Source of the DNA: a virus
IMG/VR virus record: IMGVR_UViG_3300033145_002563
Span: 276 to 64,275 of that record
DNA length: 64,000 nucleotides
Reading direction: 5' to 3' (one strand)
The position numbers and the translations under genes were made by a program. Below, one piece after another: positions 48,015 to 56,562 of the stretch (within the stretch, counting starts at the first letter, position 1; each line of letters opens with the position of its first letter). The notes beneath the pieces are model-generated. The model saw only the letters and a program-made list of their open reading frames with translations, was not told where the DNA came from and ran no database searches.

Positions 48015-48953
48015 TCATAAAATCCTAGCTATCTTTTTCAGATGACAACGCACAGCCTCCTTTGAAATCTTTTCCCATTTATTCTTTTTTGCCTCTTGGA
48101 TAACATTAAAAAATAAATCAAAAGCAGTCTCAAACTCTTCCGTAAATATTTTCTCAAGTTCAAGTCTTTTCTTTGTTTTAGTCTTCTTTGGTTTTTCGGC
48201 CTTTTTTATCTCCTTCAAAACTTTTCTACTCGTAACAATTTCCCCCCTTTCTCTAGCTTTTTTCTTCATCTGAACTACAACTTCAGGACTCTTAGCAATC
48301 ACTTGAGCTTGATGAGATTCTTTCTTAGTCACACCTTTCGGCAACGAAGGAAGGGAAGTTGCTCTAGAGGAACTTTCCTTCTTACGCTTGGGTTTTATCA
48401 AGGATAACATCTCCCCAAACTTAGCCTCAGCATCCAAAAGTATTTCCCCCATATCCTGAGCATCAATTAAAGCCGCCTCTTTAGCCGCACTAGCCATATC
48501 AACTTTTTCTATTGCCCTGATCTTAGCCTTTTGTGCATTTAAACGCTCCTTACCAATCAAAATAAAAGAATGAAGTTCTTCAACAGTTGCTGGTAGTCCA
48601 ACAACATCTTTAACAACCACAGATTTTTCACATTTCTCCTTACATTCTTGATATTCTTCTAGATAATTCTCACCACATCTCAAACAAGTCTCATCATCAG
48701 GATCCCAACCTTTACCAAACTCACTACAAGAAGCCTCATCTGAAACAACATCATTGTAAATCTTCACGACTTCAGATGGAATCTTCTCCTTTTCATCATC
48801 AGGAATCTTCTCAACAGACTCAACAAAAAGATCTCTCTGGTCCTCCCTTGTCAGTCCCTTAAAAGGAATTTCAAAATCTAAAAGACCAGAAGAATTGAGA
48901 ACCCTCACCACCTTCTTCAACTCACCAAAATCAATTTCTTTTACTTTTTTCAT
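48015..48953 (-). CDS. Hypothetical protein; C-half resembles helical domains seen fused to phage DNA methylases
   Basis: LPATVEEL..FILIGKERL..LDAEAKFGEML..ESHQAQ pattern, recognised from memory. Confidence 0.55.
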   Translation of the reverse strand: MKKVKEIDFGELKKVVRVLNSSGLLDFEIPFKGLTREDQRDLFVESVEKIPDDEKEKIPSEVVKIYNDVVSDEASCSEFGKGWDPDDETCLRCGENYLEEYQECKEKCEKSVVVKDVVGLPATVEELHSFILIGKERLNAQKAKIRAIEKVDMASAAKEAALIDAQDMGEILLDAEAKFGEMLSLIKPKRKKESSSRATSLPSLPKGVTKKESHQAQVIAKSPEVVVQMKKKARERGEIVTSRKVLKEIKKAEKPKKTKTKKRLELEKIFTEEFETAFDLFFNVIQEAKKNKWEKISKEAVRCHLKKIARIL

Positions 48954-48958
48954 TCCTA

Positions 48959-51754
48959 CTACCCCCTCATAATCTCAGAACCTAGATCTGTTTGGCCTAA
49001 ACTTAATTGTTGTAAAACCATCGCATGGATTCCTTCATCAAATTCAACGTGTCGATGAGCCAGAATACCAATCCTCATATACTTCCTCCGCTTCTCCTCC
49101 TTCGTTTGATTAAGAGAAAGCATCAAATCTACATGAGCCAACTTCCTTATGTCTTCAGCAGTATCAATCTGACTCACCGACTTCTTCTCAATCGAAGCTC
49201 TCGATGACTGACTCGCTGTAACCACAAGACAATGTCTTCGAGCGGCCAATCCTTTAAGCTTCTTCCAAGTCTCATCAATCCTATCACGGCCTGACAACCT
49301 AGAATCCTCAGGAGCCAAAATGTCAGCATAATCTATAATAATTACATCAGGCACAAAATCCTCAGTAAACTCCAAATTATCCAATGCCCTCATCACGTCC
49401 GACAAGTTGGCTGAATAAGCCGGAAAAGCTTTGATCCGAAGATTGTTTTTCCCATACATCCGAACAAAACTCTTAGCCACCTTTGTGATACCACCAAAAG
49501 ACATTGCTCCTTTTTCATACGAAGTAAACCAAACATCAGGCACAAAATCACTTTGTTTCTTATTCTTACATGCCACACAAGGTCTGTATGTCATAGCAGG
49601 ATCATACTCAGGCCTCTCTCCTTCTTCGTCCAGGAGGGGCTCATTGTTTTTTCTTTCCTTTCTTGAACAAGAGCCGTCCTGATTCTTTGCACAATCAAAA
49701 CAAGGATAGATAAAAAAGCCCGACCTATCTCCCTTTGCCGTCAGTCGTCTATAGATTCGCATAGAGATGCTTTTATCCCCCATCTCTAAACTAATGAATA
49801 CCACCTTCAAACGAGCTTGAATAGCTCGAATAGCCAACTCTTGTAACCAAATGCTGTTGTGAACAATTAAATCATTAGCTACAAAATTATGATTGTTTCT
49901 TATAGACAAATCATACACTTTTTGCTTTCCTTTTCGCTCGATCAGAATAATTTTATCCCACAAAATATCTGAATTAACCCACTCTATCAATAAATCATCA
50001 CTCAGTATATTAGCCATGTCAGAAACGGCGTTCCTTGTTAAATTATTTCTACATCTAATGCTTTGCTCTAAACTACTAAGACATTTCCGCTTCCACCATT
50101 TTCTATTCTGTCTTCCGTTCTCGGTCCTATATTTATCCAAACGAACTTTAACAAAATCAGAAAATTCTGGAGGAAATACATCTATAAATCCTCTACCAGT
50201 TTTTACTTTTTCCACTTCAAATCTAAAAACATTAGATTTCTCTTTTTTCTCAAACATGAAATCTATCTCATTTAAAAAACGCAACAGATTCTCTTTGTCT
50301 TGTATAATAATTTCCCATGATCTAAATTCTTTATGTCGATTCTCTTTGACTTTGCCGACTATGCCGAACCTCAACAGCAAATGGAACACTTGATATGTTA
50401 AAGTTTTACTAGCTGAAGAATAGTCAATCAAAACTCTATCTTTATCCTTCCATATAGAACCATCACATTCAAACAAAACTGACAAAAACAACTTAATACA
50501 ATCCTTATTCAATCGGAAAAGCTCATTCGGGATTTCTTTAAACTTAGATAGACAAATTTTCCCTCCTATATCTTTAAACCATTTCTTGACCAAACTAGGT
50601 CTATTATCGCCCTTATTTAACATCTCTCTTTTTACAATTCGACCAGTTCTCAAATCTTTATCGCCCCAAACTATCTTATCTCCAAACATATTAATACATG
50701 ACTCAAAATCAGAACGAATTAAAGAACTACCATTCGTAAATGTAAAAGAATTTCCTACCAAACTTCCTTCAGCTAACAAATAAGCCAACACTCTGACTTT
50801 CCACTCCGGCCACAAACAGCTTCCAAAAAAGGACAATATCTTCGGTACGGCAATAAAATCTCCGACTGATAAATCTTTAAACTCTCTCCACCCGGATACA
50901 GTAAGAAAGGGGTGTTTTTCAGTAACCTCAATTTCTCTCCCAGTTCGAGTTTTTAACAAATAAACAACCTTCTTGCCATTACAAATAACTCGCTCGACAT
51001 TATTCGAGGACAATTTCTTATGATCATTCAAAGAAACTACTGATAAAACTCTCCCACTTTCTTTAAACAGGTCTTCAATAGATTTTACAACCCCATTACT
51101 CAACAGAATTTTTGAATTGCCAGCAAGACATTTTCCTCTTTTCATTGGCCCCATAAACCCCACTAGCCAGCCCCGGCAGAAAGGACCGATTAGGTCCCCC
51201 AACTGACCTGGGAAACTGAATAAAGGAACCATAGCATTTTCGATCACACGATCCATATAATCCAGATCGTCCAAAGGAGCAACCCAAGTTGATACCTCCC
51301 GAGCTATTTTCTTGTAACTATGAATCTGTTCTTCCGCCTCACCCAATCTCCCTGTTCCAAGGAGTCCCTTAATGTTGGCCGAAACCACTATAAGAGCTCT
51401 TCTGCGAAAGTAATCTACTGTCTGATCTAAAAGGTACTCAGAGTTGAAAACTTCTTCCTGCTCATATCGAGAAGATAGTTGTTGAAGAAACACATTTATA
51501 ATACTAGATTCTTCATCAGAGATCTTCTCTTTCTCTGTATTGAAAATATCCTCAATATGCTTACCAGGAGCCTCATTGTACTCAACATAGTAATCATGAA
51601 CCCACCTGGCTACTCGCTTTGCATAGCCCACTGTAAAATGCTCATAACGAAACAAAGGAAAGACACCTTTACAATATTCAGTAGAAACTATCATTCCTGT
51701 AATGATCTTCTTTTCAATATCAACATCGACTGTTCTACGACGGAGACGGACCAT
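48959..51754 (-). CDS. dnaB: DnaB-like replicative helicase with intein
   Basis: GPMKRGK|S Walker A, FISLEM, IIIDYADI, VVTASQ, AEDIRKLAHVD. Confidence 0.92.
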   Translation of the reverse strand: MVRLRRRTVDVDIEKKIITGMIVSTEYCKGVFPLFRYEHFTVGYAKRVARWVHDYYVEYNEAPGKHIEDIFNTEKEKISDEESSIINVFLQQLSSRYEQEEVFNSEYLLDQTVDYFRRRALIVVSANIKGLLGTGRLGEAEEQIHSYKKIAREVSTWVAPLDDLDYMDRVIENAMVPLFSFPGQLGDLIGPFCRGWLVGFMGPMKRGKCLAGNSKILLSNGVVKSIEDLFKESGRVLSVVSLNDHKKLSSNNVERVICNGKKVVYLLKTRTGREIEVTEKHPFLTVSGWREFKDLSVGDFIAVPKILSFFGSCLWPEWKVRVLAYLLAEGSLVGNSFTFTNGSSLIRSDFESCINMFGDKIVWGDKDLRTGRIVKREMLNKGDNRPSLVKKWFKDIGGKICLSKFKEIPNELFRLNKDCIKLFLSVLFECDGSIWKDKDRVLIDYSSASKTLTYQVFHLLLRFGIVGKVKENRHKEFRSWEIIIQDKENLLRFLNEIDFMFEKKEKSNVFRFEVEKVKTGRGFIDVFPPEFSDFVKVRLDKYRTENGRQNRKWWKRKCLSSLEQSIRCRNNLTRNAVSDMANILSDDLLIEWVNSDILWDKIILIERKGKQKVYDLSIRNNHNFVANDLIVHNSIWLQELAIRAIQARLKVVFISLEMGDKSISMRIYRRLTAKGDRSGFFIYPCFDCAKNQDGSCSRKERKNNEPLLDEEGERPEYDPAMTYRPCVACKNKKQSDFVPDVWFTSYEKGAMSFGGITKVAKSFVRMYGKNNLRIKAFPAYSANLSDVMRALDNLEFTEDFVPDVIIIDYADILAPEDSRLSGRDRIDETWKKLKGLAARRHCLVVTASQSSRASIEKKSVSQIDTAEDIRKLAHVDLMLSLNQTKEEKRRKYMRIGILAHRHVEFDEGIHAMVLQQLSLGQTDLGSEIMRG
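49856..51130 (-). mobile_element. Intein (425 aa) with LAGLIDADG endonuclease in the DnaB P-loop
   Basis: Starts CLAGNS, TEKHPF block B, LLAEGS and FECDGS helices, ends LIVHN, +1 residue Ser. Confidence 0.93.
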
Positions 51755-51760
51755 CCCAAT

Positions 51761-52021
51761 CTACCTCACAACAGCGGGACGGCGCTGAACTGCTTCCCTA
51801 AAACCATGTTTTGATTTTGTTGATTTTGTTTTAGTTTTCTTGATCACCTTTAGTTGAGGTTCGTCAAACACAGCAGGCTCTGGAACCTTTCCATCTTTAT
51901 CAAGATCACCCTGGACGCTTAATCTAACACATCCATAAGCCCATTCGGTCCTGGCAACCACTACTCCCTCATAACCAGTAAGAGTGTCTTTTACTCTTTG
52001 CAATAATTTAATTTTAGCCAT
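51761..52021 (-). CDS. Conserved small phage protein
   Basis: VKDTLTGYEGVVVARTEWAYGC..FDEPQL pattern. Confidence 0.65.
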   Translation of the reverse strand: MAKIKLLQRVKDTLTGYEGVVVARTEWAYGCVRLSVQGDLDKDGKVPEPAVFDEPQLKVIKKTKTKSTKSKHGFREAVQRRPAVVR

Positions 52022-52179
52022 TCTCTTCCTCCTTTCTTTTCATCACCACTACTCCCTAATTTTTTGGGCTCTTCCAACACCGGCAAAGGCGTGGTTTCAC
52101 CACAACCAATACAAAGATAGTACCGAGAGCCTTTCACCATACGAGAAAAACATTTTGGACAGGCCATACTATCACTCAT
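51991..52179 (-). CDS. Small Zn-ribbon protein
   Basis: CPKC..CIGC. Confidence 0.5.
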   Translation of the reverse strand: MSDSMACPKCFSRMVKGSRYYLCIGCGETTPLPVLEEPKKLGSSGDEKKGGREWLKLNYCKE

Positions 52180-52218
52180 GTAATCCTTCCGTTTCTAACA
52201 ACTCTTCTATTATCTTTT

Positions 52219-53496
52219 TCATTCCTTCAACATTGCTTGTTTATGCATATACGCTGGTAAGACCTTATCATAAGTATAATCGGAACAAAAGTGCCCAATC
52301 TCAATCTCATCAAAATTATCGAGCAATGCCTCACGAAGAGTGTCAGCAAGATGGTAAACTGATTCCGGAACTACCAACTTTCGATAAATCTTAGAATGAA
52401 ACTTGCTCAGTTTTCTTGATGCTCTAACAAATCTATTCAATTTCTGTTGGTCGTACTTAGGTTTATGTCCCCCGAGTGTCCTCTCATACATCTTCCTGAC
52501 ACGATTTGTTAGTCTGGGGTTCTCGTCTTTCATAGGACAGACGCTCTCGGAGCATAGTTTGGGTTTGTTTACAAGGAGGTGCAAACACCTACTCTGGAGA
52601 GGGGATCCATCTTTAGACCAGTCATTCCAGAAGAAATCCCCTAAAGTAAGAGATCTTAATCTATCCTTAAATCCTCCATGAGGTAGATAGGAGGAATCCA
52701 AAGCCTCCAAAGCATGTTGTTGAAATAAATCCTTTATCTGATCTTCAGTAAGCTTAGGAATCTTATCGTGCTTACCTTGTAGAACCTGCTTTAGTATATC
52801 TACCGACCTCCGAGTGCTCTTAGAAGTAAGGGTAGGTTTATGAAGTCTAGAACCATTACAGCTGAGGCTCTTCCAGAAATCAAATAAGGAAAGGATATTA
52901 GCAGGAGTGTCTTGTAAAGACCATTTCTTTATTTCTTTACTAGAAGAAGAATAGTTAATAGGAGAATCTTTCAATTTCGACCTTTTGGTCGAATTGTTAT
53001 CTAATCTTTCTTTAGAAAGATTATTATTATTTGTTTTATTATTATTTATTTTATTATTATTATAGATCTTGAGTTTTCTTAGATCTTGATCTTGGGTTTT
53101 GAGGGTATCAAGATCTTGGGTTTTCTTAGATCTTGATTTTGGGTTTTCTTTAGACAATTCATCAGTAATCCCTTTATAGTTTATTCTATAGAATAGTCTG
53201 GCAGGTAGTCCTTTTCTCTTGATTTCTACTAATCCTTTTCTCTTGAGTTTTTGTACAATAGTTTCTTGTTTGCTTATAGAGAGGGTGGTTCTCTCTTTTA
53301 TTTCTTCTTTTAGATAGTAGAACCAACCATCTTCTATTTTGTTCCCTTCGTCAAGTCCGGCTTCCTTAAATAATAGTTCAGATAAAAACAATGCGGTTCT
53401 TATTCCTAATCTTTGAGTTAGTTGTTTATTGACAGACCAATAAGCATCGGATCTCAAAGTATTTCTTACCATATTTTTATACTCTTGTCTGGTCAT
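52219..53496 (-). CDS. Replication initiator-like protein (N-terminal winged helix)
   Basis: DGWFY..EEIKERTTLS..QETIVQKLKRKGLVEIKRKGLPARLFYRIN; Asn-rich linker with DNA repeats. Confidence 0.7.
   Translation of the reverse strand: MTRQEYKNMVRNTLRSDAYWSVNKQLTQRLGIRTALFLSELLFKEAGLDEGNKIEDGWFYYLKEEIKERTTLSISKQETIVQKLKRKGLVEIKRKGLPARLFYRINYKGITDELSKENPKSRSKKTQDLDTLKTQDQDLRKLKIYNNNKINNNKTNNNNLSKERLDNNSTKRSKLKDSPINYSSSSKEIKKWSLQDTPANILSLFDFWKSLSCNGSRLHKPTLTSKSTRRSVDILKQVLQGKHDKIPKLTEDQIKDLFQQHALEALDSSYLPHGGFKDRLRSLTLGDFFWNDWSKDGSPLQSRCLHLLVNKPKLCSESVCPMKDENPRLTNRVRKMYERTLGGHKPKYDQQKLNRFVRASRKLSKFHSKIYRKLVVPESVYHLADTLREALLDNFDEIEIGHFCSDYTYDKVLPAYMHKQAMLKE
53064..53147. repeat. Iteron-like 37-bp direct repeat x2 next to an AT-rich tract (putative origin)
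   Basis: AGATCTTGRGTTTTCTTAGATCTTGATYTTGGGTTTT at 53064 and 53111; nearly pure A/T at about 53020-53063. Confidence 0.6.
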
Positions 53497-53552
53497 TTTT
53501 TCTCCTAAAACCTATATAAGAAGGGCAAGGGTATACCCTCTGAAATAAAGCC

Positions 53553-53583
53553 CCCTTAAGACACCCTTAAGACACCCTTAAGA
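53553..53583. repeat. 11-bp tandem repeat upstream of the initiator-like gene
   Basis: CCCTTAAGACA x2.8. Confidence 0.6.
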
Positions 53584-53604
53584 AGGTGTTAAAAGGTTGG
53601 TAGC

Positions 53605-53823
53605 TTAGCCATCCTTATCTCCGATATATCGATTCCATAAGTAATCGATTACGTCCGTCTCGAAGAAATATCGCCTGCCTGACTTCTCTACGAACTTCAG
53701 GCCACCACGAATCCAGTTAGATAGTTGTCTGCTACGACCTGACTTAGTGACGGGCAGGTCTAACCGAGTGCAAAGATCTTTCTCGGACCATATTTGATCT
53801 AGTCTTTCCGGCTTCTGGGACAT
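53605..53823 (-). CDS. Excisionase-like helix-turn-helix protein
   Basis: DLCTRLDL..RQLSNWIRGGL..GRRYFFETDVIDYL. Confidence 0.65.
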   Translation of the reverse strand: MSQKPERLDQIWSEKDLCTRLDLPVTKSGRSRQLSNWIRGGLKFVEKSGRRYFFETDVIDYLWNRYIGDKDG

Positions 53824-54019
53824 ATTCCTCCTCTTCTATAAATGATGTTAGTGCCAAAGCTTTACGAATGAATCCTTTTTGTATAGCTTTGTTGTAGGCT
53901 CGGTGGAGCTCTTCCTGTGATACAAAGAGTAGAAGTTGAATACATTGGCTACAAATGTAATTTATTTCAGGCAGTGGTTTGTAGTTCTTTTCTTGTTTCT
54001 CGCAAAATAAACAAGTGGT
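53744..54019 (-). CDS. Cys-rich hypothetical protein (probable start MTTCLFC)
   Basis: CLFC..CSQC; ORF track gives a longer start at 54094. Confidence 0.55.
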   Translation of the reverse strand, partial: TTCLFCEKQEKNYKPLPEINYICSQCIQLLLFVSQEELHRAYNKAIQKGFIRKALALTSFIEEEEYVPEAGKTRSNMVRERSLHSVRPARH

Positions 54020-54023
54020 CATT

Positions 54024-54947
54024 TTACTGCTTTTCTCTAAGGAAATTTTTTCGTACTTTTCTGACAGTTCCAGGATCAAGATCACAAGGGTCACCTTCGG
54101 ACAGTTCGATTACTTCTACTGAAGGAAAGATAGCAGATAAATGCTCTCCTAGCTCATGTGCTTTGGCAACAGCTTTTGGTTCGGAATCAAACATGACAAA
54201 TACTCGCTCCAGAGACTTTTCTATAAGTAAACCTATCTGAGCATTTGTCCATTCGATTCCGAGAGAGGCGATACAGCCATCACCAATCCGCCACACGTCT
54301 GTTACTCCCTCAACTATTAAAACTGAACGGTCAACTGTATCTATATTGTAAAGACACGATTTTGCTGGTATAATAGCTTCTTCATTTAGACAATGTTTAT
54401 AAGGTTCTTTGGCTTGGTTTGTTACATCTAATCCAGTGAAGTTTACAATTTTTCCTTTGTGGAAGAAAGGAACAATAATTCTGAACTTGTATTTCCCAAG
54501 GGTATAGCAAGCCTTTAGTTTGTATTTGTTGATGAGAGAAGGGGGATTAAAACCTCTTTTCTTCAGATAATCTAGATGGAGTTGGGGCCAGTCATCATTG
54601 GCCTCTTTAGGAAGAATATTTCGATCAGGATCCGTACGATGTTGAGTTTCTTTCTTTAGATGTTTAAAGGTGAAGTCCTGAAACTTAGACACTATGGTGT
54701 TGGCTTCTGTCCAGGAACATCCTTCTAGTTGCTGGATCAGCTTTGTAACTGGTCCTTTCTCTCCACAGACCCAACAGTTGAAGAACCTGTGAGGTGAAAT
54801 TCCTAGATGGTTACTGGGCTCTTGGCAAAACGGAAACGGACAGGATATGTTTATCCATCCGCTGGTTACGTTCTTACCGGAAGTCCAGAACTGAATTCCT
54901 CTGTCTTCAAGATATGTAATTACATCAAACGTTTGTAGATCAATCAA
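54024..54947 (-). CDS. DNA primase (Zn finger and TOPRIM)
   Basis: CPFPFC..H..FNCWVC, IVEGVTD, FDSE, GDP. Confidence 0.85.
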   Translation of the reverse strand: MIDLQTFDVITYLEDRGIQFWTSGKNVTSGWINISCPFPFCQEPSNHLGISPHRFFNCWVCGEKGPVTKLIQQLEGCSWTEANTIVSKFQDFTFKHLKKETQHRTDPDRNILPKEANDDWPQLHLDYLKKRGFNPPSLINKYKLKACYTLGKYKFRIIVPFFHKGKIVNFTGLDVTNQAKEPYKHCLNEEAIIPAKSCLYNIDTVDRSVLIVEGVTDVWRIGDGCIASLGIEWTNAQIGLLIEKSLERVFVMFDSEPKAVAKAHELGEHLSAIFPSVEVIELSEGDPCDLDPGTVRKVRKNFLREKQ

Positions 54948-54972
54948 TTATTAGCCCCCAGTAGAAATTCAT

Positions 54973-55072
54973 AAAAGTTCAGACAAGGAGACTGTCGTTT
55001 TCAAGCGACAGAGGAATTGCCTGCCGCTTGGGCTTACTTACAAGCCGCTTGCTTTAGCTGACGGTAGTTGAC
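54973..55072 (-). mobile_element. 100-bp IscB-type MITE
   Basis: GTCAACTACCGTCAGCTAAAGCAAGCGGCTTGT...GGCAATTCCTC...CTCCTTGTCTGAACTTTT|ATGAAT. Confidence 0.85.
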
Positions 55073-55130
55073 ATATACTCTTTCGGTGTATTCGTAGAAG
55101 CCCAACAGCTTTAGTGTTGGGAGTAGTCAC
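55073..55130 (+). mobile_element. Isolated TnpB-type right end
   Basis: CGGTGTATTCGTAGAAGCCCAACAGCTTTAGTGTTGGGAGTAGTCAC; supplies the TGA stop of the HD gene. Confidence 0.7.
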
Positions 55131-55624
55131 TGAATTTCAAATCTTTTTTCAACACACTTGTTTAATCTGTCAATGATTTTGTCTCTGTCATATTTGATAT
55201 GTTTATTAGGATTTCTACCTAACTTATCCCATCGAGCAAGAAAGATTAATTCTGGTAACCAAGGATGTTCGATAAGATATAGAATCTTCTTCTGTCTGCG
55301 CATCTCGCCTAGTAGGAGGTGCCAAATTCTCATATGATGTTCTATCAACCAGAGAGTCTTCACGCTGACATAAGAACCAAGCCATTCAACAGCAATCTTT
55401 TCATGGCCAAGGCTGTTTTCGCTCTTACCGATATCGTGGAGCATAGCAGCAAGAATAAGATCAATGTCTATTGTCTCTTTAAACGCCCACGACATTACTT
55501 GTAGAGAATGATTAAACACATCTCCTTCTGGGTGATGTTTGTCCGTCTGATCAACACCCTGACACTGTTCAAGGAATCCAAATAATGGGGCCATATAAGC
55601 TTTATCAAAATATACAACGGTCAT
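55127..55624 (-). CDS. HD-domain phosphohydrolase
   Basis: HHPEGDVFNHS, MLHDIGK, HEK, HHMR. Confidence 0.85.
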   Translation of the reverse strand: MTVVYFDKAYMAPLFGFLEQCQGVDQTDKHHPEGDVFNHSLQVMSWAFKETIDIDLILAAMLHDIGKSENSLGHEKIAVEWLGSYVSVKTLWLIEHHMRIWHLLLGEMRRQKKILYLIEHPWLPELIFLARWDKLGRNPNKHIKYDRDKIIDRLNKCVEKRFEIQ

Positions 55625-55796
55625 AGTAAATTTTTTCTATCGTTTGTACGATGAATCTGTCCCAATAGAACCTGCTCCTTTGAAGGAAGGAAAACACCTT
55701 TGTAGTCCAAGACAGATTCAGGGGTGCTTGTTCCATATAGGTGAGACCCAAAAGCCATTTTTACAATGAGACCTTGTTCGTTCATCTTTTTCCCTA

Positions 55797-55833
55797 TATA
55801 TTATATCTTATTTCTGAAATTTTTTACAAAAAA
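55797..55833 (-). promoter_or_regulatory. Conserved sigma70-like promoter, copy 2
   Basis: TTGTAA-AAAATTTCAGAAATAAGA-TATAAT. Confidence 0.75.
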
Positions 55834-55851
55834 CTTTTAAAAAACTCATTT

Positions 55852-56442
55852 TTATTTTAAACTTTCTCGCAGGGCTTTTATCCATGCGTTTCTACCAGCT
55901 ACCCGTTCTTTTTCTTTTTCCCATTCGCTGTTGTAGTAAATTATATCCTTGAATAATCTGTTTATTTTTTGTTCTTTCCATTCTTGTCCTGTCAAGAGTT
56001 TTAGTTTCTGGTTTAGCCAGTATTCGTTAGAGCAATCAAATTCTATAGAATTGGTAATCTGCTTAATCATAAAATCTTTGAGTTCTTGATGATCAGGTGA
56101 AGGAGGCTCCCAACCCCGGACCTTGACCAACATAGTTTGATACTTACTGCGAAGTTCGATGTTTTTTTGTATACCTTCCTCTTTGTCTTTAGTTTCCTTT
56201 TCGTACTTTTGTTGAGCCCTTTTTTCTGCTTCCTCAAGTGTTGTATTCTTAACTTTAGAGAGGTCTCTTTTTGCTTTATCAAGACTCTCTTTGTAACATG
56301 GGCTTGGTTTAAATTCTGAAATTTCCTTATCTGTTGGGTCGTCCCTCATTGTAATACACGCACCAAAAGCGCGAGCACACCTCATTACAAAATCTTCAAA
56401 TGAAATTCCATCTCCTATTACTGCTGTGTATCCTGTAGGCAT
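55852..56442 (-). CDS. Conserved phage hypothetical protein
   Basis: MPTGYTA..FEDFVMRCARAFGACITMRD N-terminus; GGAGG-like RBS. Confidence 0.7.
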   Translation of the reverse strand: MPTGYTAVIGDGISFEDFVMRCARAFGACITMRDDPTDKEISEFKPSPCYKESLDKAKRDLSKVKNTTLEEAEKRAQQKYEKETKDKEEGIQKNIELRSKYQTMLVKVRGWEPPSPDHQELKDFMIKQITNSIEFDCSNEYWLNQKLKLLTGQEWKEQKINRLFKDIIYYNSEWEKEKERVAGRNAWIKALRESLK

Positions 56443-56562
56443 ATCAGCCTCCTTTCAAGAGGGGTTATTTTCTACATAACCTCCACTTATCACTAAGTCC
56501 TTGTTGTAGATTTCTGTGGTCTTTCCTTCGTGGTTGGGCGGTGCCTCCTTACTCGATTAGTT

